The position numbers and the translations under genes were made by a program. A stretch of 62,967 nt of DNA, filler included, from Globobulimina sp. (taxonomy: Eukaryota): the NCBI GenBank assembly GCA_003354225.1. It is 31 parts of 31 records of this genome, joined end to end, with 100 filler letters (N's around TTAATTAATTAA, not from the genome) between each part and the next. Parts side by side here need not be neighbours in the genome. Positions count along the whole stretch, not along the records: positions 46,803 to 48,736 come from PIVH01010442.1; positions 48,837 to 50,769 come from PIVH01010443.1; positions 50,870 to 52,802 come from PIVH01010444.1; positions 52,903 to 54,835 come from PIVH01010445.1; positions 54,936 to 56,868 come from PIVH01010446.1; positions 56,969 to 58,901 come from PIVH01010447.1; positions 59,002 to 60,934 come from PIVH01010448.1; 24 more parts are not named here. One strand, given 5' to 3'. This document shows, piece after piece, positions 48,521 to 61,034 of this stretch (its first letter is position 1; every line of letters begins with the position of its first letter). The notes under the pieces were generated by a model that saw only the letters and a list, made by a program, of their open reading frames with translations, made no database searches and was not told where the DNA came from.

Positions 48521-49071
48521 TCTTCAATTTTATCTACGCTACTTCTTGTCCTTAATTCTGTTGACATGATGTGTTGCTAACGCTCTGCGATTTAACTTTA
48601 CCCAGAAAAAACTATCCCTTTGGTCGGTCTCTTCGAGCCACGCTATGCTTTCCAGCTAAAAAATTTCTCTTGAAAAACGTTATAAATCTTTGTTACTGGA
48701 TAAAACCTATGAAAAGGTTGAAAATTTTGACTTTAANNNNNNNNNNNNNNNNNNNNNNNNNNNNNNNNNNNNNNNNNNNNTTAATTAATTAANNNNNNNN
48801 NNNNNNNNNNNNNNNNNNNNNNNNNNNNNNNNNNNNGGACACACCGTTGTCACCATTGGATGGATGGATGGATTGCGAGATATCAGCATAAAAATAATAA
48901 TGAGATACTAGTAAGAGAGGCATCTTTCGATTAATCTATAATTCTAACAATTGTTCCACACTATTCCTCATTCTTCGCAATATTCCCATTATTCCACTTT
49001 ATGTGACATTAAACTCACGTTTTGAGTTTGGAGACTTAAGAAAAAGTTAGTTTACATTAATAATTAATGTA

Positions 49072-50769
49072 ATGCATACGTCAAAGTCTTCAATTAATCG
49101 CGAAACGCCTGAACTTGTCCTTATATCAATATTTCGACGCTATGACGCAGACGGAAACGGCCACTTAGACCCAGAAGAATTCGCAGCCGCCCTCGACGAC
49201 TTAGGCATTATTGACACCTATGAGCAACAGGCACTATTTGCCCTGGCCGACGAATTTCTGCAACTAATCAAAGGCCACGATTTCGAATACTTATTATCCA
49301 ATCGCGAGGATTACTTATTTGTGATTGAAACATATAAAACTTTCCAAGAATATGACCAAGACGGCGATGGCGAAAGTAACTAACTCTCCATCCATCCCTA
49401 CATACACATCCTTGCACATTTTTCAGTTTAAAACCAAAACTAAAACTCATTCAATTGCAACCAATTTCTTATATAGTTTTAGTTTGAAACTGATCGATTT
49501 CCACAAAGTTTGCTGGAGCGAATTCTATCATTACCTCTCGAGTCATGGCTATACTCACGAATACATTTCGCAATATTGGCATGCTATGGACGAGGATAAG
49601 TCGCAAACCATCTCATTCGAAGAGTTCTGGAAAGGCTTCAAAGCCCAGGCTCAGACATTGAAGCAACAGGCATTGCACAAGGAGATGAATGAGCAATTGC
49701 TGCAATTCAACAATAGCGACGACAATGATGACTCGGAGCAGGACCACGAGATCACGGATAATATGAACGGGCACCACCACCACTTGCAAGTGCACCATAT
49801 GTACGCCAGTACGCCCATGTCATTCGAGCACGAATTGGCGCATTCGCTGTCATATAAACGTACCACATCGCATAGAGCCAAGTTGTTGGGCGGAAGGGGA
49901 CATCGCCGCATTGACAGTCTCAAAGCAAACGCATCGTGGAATCAAAAGGACAAAAATAATATATTTCGAGTCATGAAGAGACACTTAAAAAAAACCAACG
50001 TCAGACTTTCAGTTTCAAACTGAAAATAGCAAATATCTCCGCAATGGGAATGGACAAAGTTGCATTGATATTTTTTCATGCAGTTTGAAACTGAAACTCT
50101 GAAAGTCTGAAATGTGGATTGTTTGAAAGGTGAAACAGCGGAAAAGTACGCTGAGATTAGGGCGAGTTTTGTCGAGCGATGACAGTGAGAGCGAGGAGGA
50201 AGATGATGGCAAATCGGCATCGGAGGAGTCATCGAATTCGAGTTCGAGTTCCAGCTCCGATATGGTTCTACCAATGGATTATTTGGCATTGCCGGTGAGC
50301 AATCCGATGATGCGCCAGGTGCAGAGCATGGACACTCTGATAGGGAACAGCTATCTGAGTACACCGTCGGACGAGTCGGACTCTGAGGAGTCTGAGGAGT
50401 CTGGCTCTGAGCAGGAGAGCAGCAGCGAGTATAGCGACAGTGACAGTGTTTCTGATTCGGGCACCATGAGTTTAGACGTTATTACCGACTACGAAAATGA
50501 GTCACAGGTTGAGGATACTCTGCATTTCAGTGATATGGAGGAGGACGTACAGATTCGTCGAAAAATCAGTCAAACGATTGAGGGGAATGAGGGAATTGGA
50601 ACATATGATGAAAAACAGGAAAATGATAAGAAGATTGAGAATGAGAATGACGATGAAAAGGAATTGCAGCCAATTGCAGTATACGTAAAAAAAGAGGAAG
50701 TTAATATTACGCAAAAAATAGAGAAATTGGAGAATATTAAAGAAAAATCGGGGAATGCGGATGATGAAA
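49072..50769 (+). CDS. EF-hand calcium-binding protein with acidic Ser-rich tail, introns 49376-49508 and 50000-50129, 3' partial
   Basis: DADGNGHLDPEEF, splice-restored DQDGDGE|ICWSEF, DEDKSQTISFEEF. Confidence 0.85.
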
Positions 50770-50869
50770 NNNNNNNNNNNNNNNNNNNNNNNNNNNNNNN
50801 NNNNNNNNNNNNNTTAATTAATTAANNNNNNNNNNNNNNNNNNNNNNNNNNNNNNNNNNNNNNNNNNNN

Positions 50870-52327
50870 GGCTGGACAACTTTTGGAAGCTACCAATAAA
50901 GGCTGAGGATAGGAAGGGGGACAGATAGAAACAGAAGAACAATTTGGTTGATTTTGCTGATTGTGATGATTTTGATTAAAATATCTTTGATGTCTTGGTG
51001 CTCTCTGCCGATATGAATGGTGATTATTATGATGCGTATTATGATGTGTATTATGATGCGAATGGTGAGCACGAAAAGACATGGTTTGTACTCGTGAATG
51101 TGCGCCGTGAGGAGGTGGCGCGCCGTGCGTTTGGAGTGTATGAGGTGGTGGTGGTGGTGCGCCGTGAGGAGGAATATGCGGATAATTATAGTACGGTACA
51201 CCTGCATGGTGGCTATGGCCATGATGCCATAAACCTGTTTGCTGAGTATATGAATAATTATCATGCATTTGCCGGTTAGGCTGATGATTCTGGTTTGGCC
51301 CAACATTAATAATCTCATTATCAGCTTCCATGGATTTACTTTCCTGGTTTTGCTCCCAGATACTTTCTACAACTTTCTCTCGTTCGCGTTCTGCGATTTG
51401 TATATTTTCGACTGTTAATACCGCAGCTTTTTCTTTCTCTTTTTTTGCGTACGAAGCTAATAAAGAAACATATTGATTTAAACCTCTTCCAGTGGCCCAA
51501 TCCAAGGCGGTTTTGCCGCCAATATCGGATTTATTCACACTACAGCCTTTGGACAATAATAATTTACAAATATTGTAATGTTTACCTAATACTGCACAGT
51601 GTAGCGGCGTCGCCATATCGTAGTCGATGGAATCGATGCTCTCCGCAGCTGACATATCATATTCATTCAACATTGTATTGATTAAGAAGTTTACGATTAA
51701 TTCATGACCGCGGGCACAGGCTAAATGTAATGCGGTTGAACCATTCCATTTTACTTTACGACGTAGGAACTTTCGAAATAAATATTTCCATTTTAATTCC
51801 GAAAAAGTCTCATCGTCATTGATTTCTTCTGGCTGCGTGCCAACAATATTGTAGTTAGCATCGTTGCCGATGTCCTGGTCCTGGTCCTCAGTCTCGGTCA
51901 GTAACATTAATTCGTCGCCATATTCGCTTAAATATTTGCGTTGTTGATGAGATATTATATGCTCAACAATGGCTAAATGCCCATTAAAAGACGCGTGAAG
52001 CAAAGGACTCCAACCTGATGAGTCTACAATGTCTAAATCAATTAAAAACTCATAGTCTTTGTCTAATCCTGCCGATGATTCTTGTTTTAGAGTGGATACA
52101 AATTCTGAACATGGGCCATTTCTGGCGATTTTATTTAACTTTTCGTTCATTGTGATTTTTGTTGACTCATCACGCGATTTCCAAAATAGTGATGTATCTA
52201 AATCATCGATATTTAATTCGAACTGAATATTTGGCTCTGACATTATGCACCTGGAAAGTTGAAGTAATGGAGTTTGTTTTCTGAGACACAAAAAGTGTTT
52301 GGAAAACATCCCGGCGAGGCTGCACAT
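50870..52327 (-). CDS. Ankyrin-repeat protein with His/Pro-rich tail, 3' partial
   Basis: GWSPLLHASFNGH, GSTALHLACARGH, ATPLHCAVLGKH, GKTALDWA; the true start may be MSEP at 52243. Confidence 0.9.
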
Positions 52328-52902
52328 CTAATATGAATTTATCATCTCGTCATTCTCGTTATCATCATCTGTGAATGGTGGTTTTTCCACTATTTTCAAC
52401 CAGAGATGATAAATTCATATGGAAATCATCTCGTGATCGCGACCATATTACAAGTCTGGTTTTAAAATGCAACTTTGTATATGCAAAGTTTGGAAATGCA
52501 AAGAAGATATAAAAAGCATGTATAACACCTATACTATCTTACATCGTTCTTTTTTGTCACGTACGTACAAAACAGACTGTCTTCAAAAACAAGCAGCGAA
52601 AATAAAATATTTAATTTAAATTTTACCCCCTTTTTCTTTTCTTTTTAATATGTTGCGGAATTTGCTTCTTCCCTTTATTTTTATTTTTATTTTTCGGATC
52701 ACCAATGTCATAAATCTGAAACGTATCACTTGAACCACTGCCACCTTGTGCTCCTCTGAATGTTTTCTTTTTCTTTTTCTTTTTATTTTTCTCTTTCTGT
52801 TTNNNNNNNNNNNNNNNNNNNNNNNNNNNNNNNNNNNNNNNNNNNNTTAATTAATTAANNNNNNNNNNNNNNNNNNNNNNNNNNNNNNNNNNNNNNNNNN
52901 NN

Positions 52903-53224
52903 TTGATTTGTTTTTATGTAAATTTATGTCAGGTAATGGCTGAGATTTATTCTGTTCCGGTTTTGATGATGATGGCAATACAGGTATAGCTCTGGAATAA
53001 TTGCCCCAGCTATTTGGGAATTTAATTCTTTCGGCAATATCGGCTTTGTTAATCCAATCGCCCTGAGACTCCGGATAACCGCTGAAAACTACAAACGCTT
53101 TATCTGAATCGATTTTGCTTATGGTTGCGTCCCATAGCGTTGTTTTATCATCATATCGTGTATCTGTACATTTAACGGCCATCCCCAATTTTAATGTAAT
53201 TTGTTGACATGTTAAGGTTGTCAT
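52903..53224 (-). CDS. N-terminal Tudor/chromo-barrel-like domain protein, 3' partial
   Basis: LKLGMAVKCTD...WDATISKID...FVVFSGYPESQGDWI. Confidence 0.65.
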
Positions 53225-53272
53225 GTTTCACTTAACAGTTTTCCTTTTCGTATTAGTCATTACTACTAAATA

Positions 53273-54408
53273 ATGGGCCAGTCGCCAGAACATCTTGTGT
53301 TAGCATTTGGATTGACTCTTGCAGCGGGACTAGCAACTACATTTGGAGCAGCATTAGCTTTTTGTATTCCTCCCACATACATTGAAATATTACCAATATC
53401 TTTAGCGTTCTCAGCAGGAGTAATGATATATGTGTCATTTATTGAAATAACACAAAAAGGGCTCGATGCATTTGAAACAGAACTAAGCAAAACACATTCA
53501 ACCGACAAAGCAATATATTTGTCGCACATTTATTTATCAATTTCGTTTTTCTGTGGGATAATTATTGGATATCTTATCGATTTTATTGTGCATCTTTTAG
53601 GATACAAACATGACATTGATATCGAACAAGAAATCAAACATAAAAACGATGCCAAACCAAAACCAAAACCAAGTGAAAAGTTGCATGTTAAAAGCAAACA
53701 TTACTCGCAGATGCTGTATTTCTTATGTTCTACAAACAGTAATGTCTGCTTTTAAAATTAATGCAACTTTTAAGTGTTTCATCTATGGAATTATTGCCAA
53801 ATAAGCATATACATTCATTGGGTGCGTGTGCTAATGATATAAGTATAGAGTCTATAGACGCAACGGAAATAACTTCGCTATCTCCACGCCATTCGGACGA
53901 GAATGAAGAAGTGAATGAATCCACTGCAGAAAAGGAAACAGAGCGAAAAGCATTGATTAAAATGTCATTAGTTACTGGCGTAGCCATTGGAATCCATAAT
54001 TTCCCGGAAGGATTGGCAACATTTGTGTCAACATTGGCCGATCCGACGTTGGGTGTAAGCATAGCAGTGGCCATTGCAATTCATAATATACCGGAAGGAA
54101 TCTGTGTGGCTATGCCTATATTTTTTGCAACGGGGAGTAAACGCAAAGCATTTTTTTGGGCGTTTTTAAGCGGATTATTTGAACCGATTGGTGCGTTGAT
54201 TGGTTATGCTATTATTGATTCCATGTTTAATGATGTTGTATTTGGTGTGTTGTTTGGTTTTGTGGCTGGTATTATGATTTATATCTCATTTAAAGCAATA
54301 TTACCGACTGCGAGGAGGAAAGATAAAAATGATAAATTTACGTCACTTCTAGTGTTTACTGGATTTTTAGTCATGGATATTAGTCTCATCTTGTTTAAAA
54401 TAGCATGA
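53273..54408 (+). CDS. ZIP family zinc transporter (ZupT-like), one intron at about 53680-53774
   Basis: LAFSAGVMIYVSFIEI, IHNFPEGLATF, IHNIPEGI.VAMP, GLFEPIGA; intron boundaries are tentative. Confidence 0.92.
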
Positions 54409-54605
54409 TTCTTTCATATTATTTATATGTTTTTGTGTGAGGTGTCTCGATATCAAATTTGTCAAATCAGGGAAAAGGCCAAGTTTTTTACTAGTGAAGT
54501 TTTTTATGTGAAGCATATCTCAAAGTGTAGAAACACATCATTATGGCCAACATATGAGTTCCTCTCATAATCATATATGCCGGACTCTCATAATCAAAAA
54601 ACCGC

Positions 54606-54835
54606 ATGGCGAATATCCACACAATGGAGGACTTGCGACCAGAAAGCAGACCGTTGCCACAAATGCCTCGACCGAATGCTGGAACCACCAACACATCGCA
54701 GTCTGCTGTAAATAAAAATTGGCGTGACATATTAGCTCCTAATTTCAGTCTAAAATCTTTCATTTTCGTCATTTCAATGGTCCAAATATGTGTATTTATT
54801 TTGGAATTGCTGCTTAGCACATTTATCAATGACAG
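54606..54835 (+). CDS. Rhomboid protease-like N-terminus, 3' partial
   Basis: PNFSLKSFIFVISMVQICVFI resembles the first TM of protist ROM1-type rhomboids; the catalytic region is not in the contig. Confidence 0.55.
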
Positions 54836-55100
54836 NNNNNNNNNNNNNNNNNNNNNNNNNNNNNNNNNNNNNNNNNNNNTTAATTAATTAANNNNNNNNN
54901 NNNNNNNNNNNNNNNNNNNNNNNNNNNNNNNNNNNACAAAGCAAATTGACAGTTATTGTATCGAATAACAAAGAAATGTCCAAATGATATTATTGTTTGT
55001 ATTTTTTTTATTCATAAATTATTGTTCAAAGTTTATCGGTCGCTATTGATCGGATTTTAGAAACATCCCACAGTCGTGAAAAACTGCTGTTGCAATAATA

Positions 55101-56775
55101 ATGGTGTTTGACAATGATAATATTTTACGGAGCACCGCGTTAACCCTCGCTGGAATTGGCACTTTTATTTATTTGCCAGTAGGTTTATATTCATTGTATC
55201 AGTATTTTATTTATCGTAATCATGTTATATTACAAAAACATTATGCTGAAATAAATCAATATATGGTGACGTCGTCTTTACTCAGTTTATGTTTCCAGCA
55301 AATGTTTATATTGGTTATTGGTAGAATAATCAGCGAACGACTCCTAGATTTTGCATCAATCCCAGCATTATCTTTTACTTTTATCAGCACCGTATTGTTT
55401 GCCTGGAGATGTTATATGAATTATTTCTGTATAAAGTATTCCAACGCTCTGGATAGTGATCAATGGAAACAATTAATAAATCCCTCAACATCCACCAATA
55501 ACTGGTTTATAATAAATAAACATTCCTATGGGAATTATAAATATTTTTATAAGTATGTAGCTGTTGCATGCTTATCATTTGTAGCATTCTTAGGGGCGCT
55601 TCGTTTAATATTCTGGGCTGAAGACGAGCGAACAGTGAAATTACGATGGTTGACAATGATGTTAAGCCTCTAATAATATACTATGTGGCTTTCAATTATT
55701 CAATATGTACAAAAATACACTTATTTGTAATAAACATTGACATTTTAGGGGTTTAATAACCGTTGCTGTTGTTGTTGTGGTTGCATTGATTGCTTTTATT
55801 TATTGTAAAACACCAAAGTACGGCGATATTTTTTACATTCATCAAGAATTAAGGCTGTTGATTGTGATATATTTAATTGGCATTGGTACAATGAGTGCGT
55901 TTGCTGCTGCTGACTATTTTGTGGTTAATATGAGTGTTAGAATTGGGATCAGACTATTTATGGTGTTTGACTTTTCTACAATGTTTATCATCGGAATTGT
56001 GAGTCAAACATTGTTTGTTATCTATAAAAACAAGCATTGGCTGCTTATGGCACATATGGAAGGAAGCGCATTGAATATAGAATATGAACTGACAAAAGAA
56101 GTAAATTCTGCGCCATCACCCTCCTCAATATCCAACAGCCGCAGTAAAGGTGGTCTTGATGACGTATTAGGCGATAAAAACGGTTTTGACTCATTTATGT
56201 TCCATTTAAGCAAAGAATTTAGCACTGAAATATTATTAAGTTTGTTGGAAATGACTCAATATAAAGAATATATATTAAATTCTTATGGCCATGACGGTGA
56301 TGAACAGACCTGGGATACTTCAAAGTGCATTAAATGGCCACAAAAATCGAAAAGTTTTCCAAAATCGTACATTGTTTATAGTGAATTGGATGAAAAATAT
56401 AAGAAAGATTGTATTGATTGTAGTTCGGCGGCAGATATAAATGAATTAATGATTCGCGCATTTCTGTTGTATAAGAAATATGTAGCGAGACAAGCCACCT
56501 TTGAAATAAATATATCTTCTGCAGTTCGAACAAAAGTAATAAATATTATGGGCGATTATGATGAATGGATGTTGTTTGAGGAGTTTCAGTCATTAAAAAA
56601 CGATGAACAATTAAAATATTTGTATGCAGTATTTGATGAATGTATGTATGAAATGATGTCTTTATTAAAAAATTCGTTCACTCGATATAAAAAAACGTTG
56701 ATATATGCGGAATTTATGAAATTGACAAAAATAAAGAGCAAACCTAAATTGTTAGATCCATTGTGGGTATGGTAA
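55101..56775 (+). CDS. 7TM-RGS protein, intron 55649-55748
   Basis: Seven TM segments, DIFYIHQEL, then RGS motifs FMFHLSKEFSTEILL, LYKKYV...FEINISS, SFTRY. Confidence 0.88.
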
Positions 56776-57208
56776 CTTTTGCACGAGAAAATGCCTAGAA
56801 ATATGAAGTAGATATATTGTAGAAATTACAAAACTTAAAGAAATATGATACAAGATTAATAGAAAAAANNNNNNNNNNNNNNNNNNNNNNNNNNNNNNNN
56901 NNNNNNNNNNNNTTAATTAATTAANNNNNNNNNNNNNNNNNNNNNNNNNNNNNNNNNNNNNNNNNNNNGCCTGGTTCTAGGGTTGAACTAAGGGTTTTTA
57001 AGTAAAGTTTTAAAGTAAGGAGTACCTAATAAGTTAGATACAATAAATCAAGAGGATTTAGGATAAAAGGTCAGTTCCTTACAATCAATCTTATATAAAT
57101 TGAAAAAAATCACAAAATTGCAGAAAATAAAAAAAAACCATCACCCAAACACACAATACAATACACGATAGCTATATGGATATAAAAACTAAAAAGAAAT
57201 TATAATAA

Positions 57209-58901
57209 TCATTTATTCATTTTATAAATTTGTTTTTCCAATGGATTTCGAAAATCAATAGTATCATTTTGATTAAATGCTTTTCGACATTCAGGACATT
57301 TCCGGACATGTTTACAACACGAATTGCACAGTAAATGTCCGCATTTAATCAATACTTTATTCACCGGATTTGTCTGACAAATGCAACACGTCAATGCATT
57401 TGAAGTATTTTCAATCTCTGTTTTTAATTCGCTATTTTCGCTTTTTAATAGTTTGTTATTTTCATTTGTTTTTTCCAGATTTTTCCGATACAACAGATTG
57501 TCTCTCATCATTTCTTGCTTATTTGCATCCAAATTCAAGCCCGCTCTCGACATCATATTATTCATTGTATCCATTAATTCGTCGATATCTTCGTCGTTCT
57601 CCTTATCCTCCACTGCAACGTCATTATTTTTATTACTTTCTTGTTTTTTCTCTTCGATAATATTTATTTTACTCACTTTGAGCGGAGAGGATGATGCCGA
57701 TTCATTTAAATTATTTAAATTGGATTTAAAACTAAAAACGTGATTCGATGATAACACAATATGTTGGCCGTGAAGATTATATTTTAATTTTAATTTAGAA
57801 AACACATTCAATGCTCCTTGTTTTACCTCGATGACATTTGCATAAATTAAATCATTTTTGTTTTGATTTTTACTTTTTGGGTTTGTAATGGCCACAATTT
57901 CATTTTTCAAATATTTTCTGAATGGTTGCTTTTGTAAAAATTGCATATCGTCGCTGGTTATTTTTGCACCGCAAATACCGCGCAACATTCCATTTTGTGT
58001 GCGATCATTGCGAGATATTCCCATTATATCCAATAAAACATCATTATCTCCGTTGGTATTTACATTTGTTTTGTTATTAATAATATTTAAATTTGGTATA
58101 AATAATACCGACGATAAAGCAGTAATCATTTGCGGAGTGTTAATATTTAATATGTTACAAATGCAGGTCGCCAAAATAATGGACGAATACATAATATTCT
58201 GAATGGGCCACAATAGGTATAAAATATTCTTCTTTTTATTAAAATAAAAGAACACATTATTTGTATTATTTTTATATTTCAACGCCGTTACATCCAATCT
58301 TTTAAATGTTAATTTTGTATTCAATTCGCAACAATATTCAATACACATTTTGTTTAACGCACAATTTATCATCTCAGTGGTTGGCAAATTCAATTTATTA
58401 AACTCATTATTATTATTTGCATATTTATTGCTTAGTATATGATGGCGAATAATCCGCTCAATATTCACACATAAATGCTCATTGTTATGCAAATAATTAT
58501 TAATCACATCATTGTTTATAACTATTTTTTTATAATGATTGATTTTTTCAATAATCGCTGCCGATAACGCTAAAATATTCAATTTATCACAAATGGATAA
58601 CGACAGGGCCGAATGTACCAAATTTATGCGGTTATTATTCGCGTAATCAATGCGCGAAGACAAATAGGTGTCGTCATTATACACACATTTATTGCTCCAA
58701 CGCAAAATACCGCACTCGTCCGGCACCAATAACTTATCGATTTTATTCCTGTGATCAATCTGTTTGAATATTAGCTAAATGATATTAATCACCGCATTCA
58801 ACTCATTGATATTCAACGGTTTCCCTCGATGATTTTCATACAATTCAACCAAAAACGAATGATAATCCGCTATCTGCGGCTTTTCCTTCGTTCCCAATGC
58901 C
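57209..58901 (-). CDS. Sacsin-like protein C-terminus with RING finger; in-frame TAG at 58775-58777; 5' partial
   Basis: LNINELNAVI, LLVPDECGIL...CVYND, LVH..LS..ICDKL, PFRKY...EIVA, CCIC...CGHLLC..C...CPECR. Confidence 0.8.
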
Positions 58902-59129
58902 NNNNNNNNNNNNNNNNNNNNNNNNNNNNNNNNNNNNNNNNNNNNTTAATTAATTAANNNNNNNNNNNNNNNNNNNNNNNNNNNNNNNNNNNNNNNNNNN
59001 NGTCAGTCACCGTCAATTGTTTTACGGTGAATTACGGTGATTTACGCGTTCCAATTTACCGTTCGTCGTTGACGATCGTTAACGATCGTAATTTGGCCGT
59101 AATTCAGCGTCATAAACGGTCGTAATACG

Positions 59130-60905
59130 ATGATAAATCAGTATAATCCCTATAATGGCATGAATACCGCCAACCGAACCAATCCATTCTCCTTTGTGCA
59201 AACCAACAATGCAAACAATTACTGTCGTACCGCCACAGCCAATGCAAATTCTATTAATCCATATTCAGCCAATAATGCATATCAAAATTCATTCAATCTG
59301 TCCATTCTCACCAATCCAGCCTTTATAGCGACGTCTGTACCCAATGTCGCAAATGTCGCAAATGTTAACGTTGCCCATCACGTGTCGCCATCACGTGTAC
59401 ATAACCATAATATAAGTAAGATGATACCATTTATAAATAATATGAACAATATGAACAATATGAATGTAGCCAATGCCTCCTTGGCAGCATATGGCATACC
59501 AACCATTGGCCCGCTTACTACCAATATGCCCGTCGCCCAAATTTCTGGACCACAATCCATTGGATCCTCGGTGCCAATATATCCAAACCAACATCCGCAG
59601 CAACACCATCCGCAGCAACACCATCCGCAAATAATTAATGCATTCTCAAACACTGTAAATACCATAAACTCAATCAACAAACATTTCAACCAAAATAATA
59701 ACTATTATCACCAGTATCATAATCATAACAATCCCAATCAGAATAAGATAATTGTCATCAAACCAAAAGAAACCACTGTCTGCATCATTTCCAATGAGGA
59801 GACACAGGCAAAAAAAGACCAATCCATTCAACATAATAATAATGACAGTAAGCCTAAAATTGAGGAGAATCCGAATGAGCATAATAATAATATTGATAAT
59901 GGTGTCGAGGATGAAAAGAAAATCGAAGCTGAAGCAGAAGAAGACCAAATTGAGGAAGAAGTCGAGGAAGAAACAGAAACAGAGCAAGATGAGGAAGATG
60001 ATGATGAAGAAGAGGAGGCGGTTAAGGTCGAGGTTGAGCCGTTAGGCGTAGAGGTTGAGAGTGATGCGGCGCCGGAACAGAAGGGTTTTACTGATGATAT
60101 GTTCGCCGATGCCTCGCCACGGACAAAGGAGTTATTTCATGGCTTAAACTTTGACGAAGAAGACGAAGTGTATTCGCTTGGAACGCCACCGATAAAAAGT
60201 CATAACAAAAAAGCAATTCCGAGGGCAAAATCATTCCATACCAATCTGCATCACCCGGACCTTTATACTGTTAACAATAGGAAATCTTCATCGTATGGCT
60301 CGTTGAGAAATAAATATAATGAGTCATTGCAGCAACAACACTCTCGCTATATGACTATGACTGGTAGGGATACGTCGCCATTTCATTTAAAAAGTATTGA
60401 TGACACTGCGCGGCAACATTCACATGATGGGATACATGGTATTCAGCGCACAAAATCGGAACAAAATATAGTTCTGGCGAATGCGCATAATAATTATCAT
60501 AACAGATATGGCAATAATGAGGATAGCAATAATCAGAATAATCAGAACCAGAATCTCATGTATCAAGAATATTATTATCAGGCACCGCAGCCAGATTATA
60601 CTAGTAATGACTCGACTTTGTATGCATCAGATTTCCATAATCAATCTGGTTTATATTATAATAATAATAATAACAACAATAATGAGAATGATAAGAATTT
60701 AAAGGCGCGAATGATTAAATCACATTCGTTGCCATCGTTGAAGGTGGTGAATGATATGATCTCAATGCATTCGAAACATCAACAATTTCAACAATTTCAG
60801 CAATTAAATCAAAAAAAACAAACACAACATCATCAACATGAACAATTAGCTTCACCCATTCAGGAAAACCATGCAACGCAAATGATTGATATTTATGGTG
60901 ATTGA
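59130..60905 (+). CDS. Low-complexity (N/Q/H-rich and acidic) disordered protein
   Basis: 591-aa ORF with no recognisable domain. Confidence 0.7.
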   Translation: MINQYNPYNGMNTANRTNPFSFVQTNNANNYCRTATANANSINPYSANNAYQNSFNLSILTNPAFIATSVPNVANVANVNVAHHVSPSRVHNHNISKMIPFINNMNNMNNMNVANASLAAYGIPTIGPLTTNMPVAQISGPQSIGSSVPIYPNQHPQQHHPQQHHPQIINAFSNTVNTINSINKHFNQNNNYYHQYHNHNNPNQNKIIVIKPKETTVCIISNEETQAKKDQSIQHNNNDSKPKIEENPNEHNNNIDNGVEDEKKIEAEAEEDQIEEEVEEETETEQDEEDDDEEEEAVKVEVEPLGVEVESDAAPEQKGFTDDMFADASPRTKELFHGLNFDEEDEVYSLGTPPIKSHNKKAIPRAKSFHTNLHHPDLYTVNNRKSSSYGSLRNKYNESLQQQHSRYMTMTGRDTSPFHLKSIDDTARQHSHDGIHGIQRTKSEQNIVLANAHNNYHNRYGNNEDSNNQNNQNQNLMYQEYYYQAPQPDYTSNDSTLYASDFHNQSGLYYNNNNNNNNENDKNLKARMIKSHSLPSLKVVNDMISMHSKHQQFQQFQQLNQKKQTQHHQHEQLASPIQENHATQMIDIYGD

Positions 60906-61034
60906 TTATGTATTCGTTTATTTTTTGTACATGTNNNNNNNNNNNNNNNNNNNNNNNNNNNNNNNNNNNNNNNNNNNNTTAATTAATTAANNNNNNNNNN
61001 NNNNNNNNNNNNNNNNNNNNNNNNNNNNNNNNNN

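Noticed and set aside
45659-58777. TAA/TAG reassignment (ciliate-like genetic code)
   Set aside because: Many genes end properly at TAA or TAG (e.g. SKL-TAA at 40151, AKL-TAA at 35606, TAG at 15079), and long AT-rich ORFs contain no internal TAR codons.
1937-61034. Regularly spaced TTAATTAATTAA repeats as a biological array or CRISPR
   Set aside because: Each is embedded in N runs of fixed length and the contigs are sorted by size, so these are assembly linkers.
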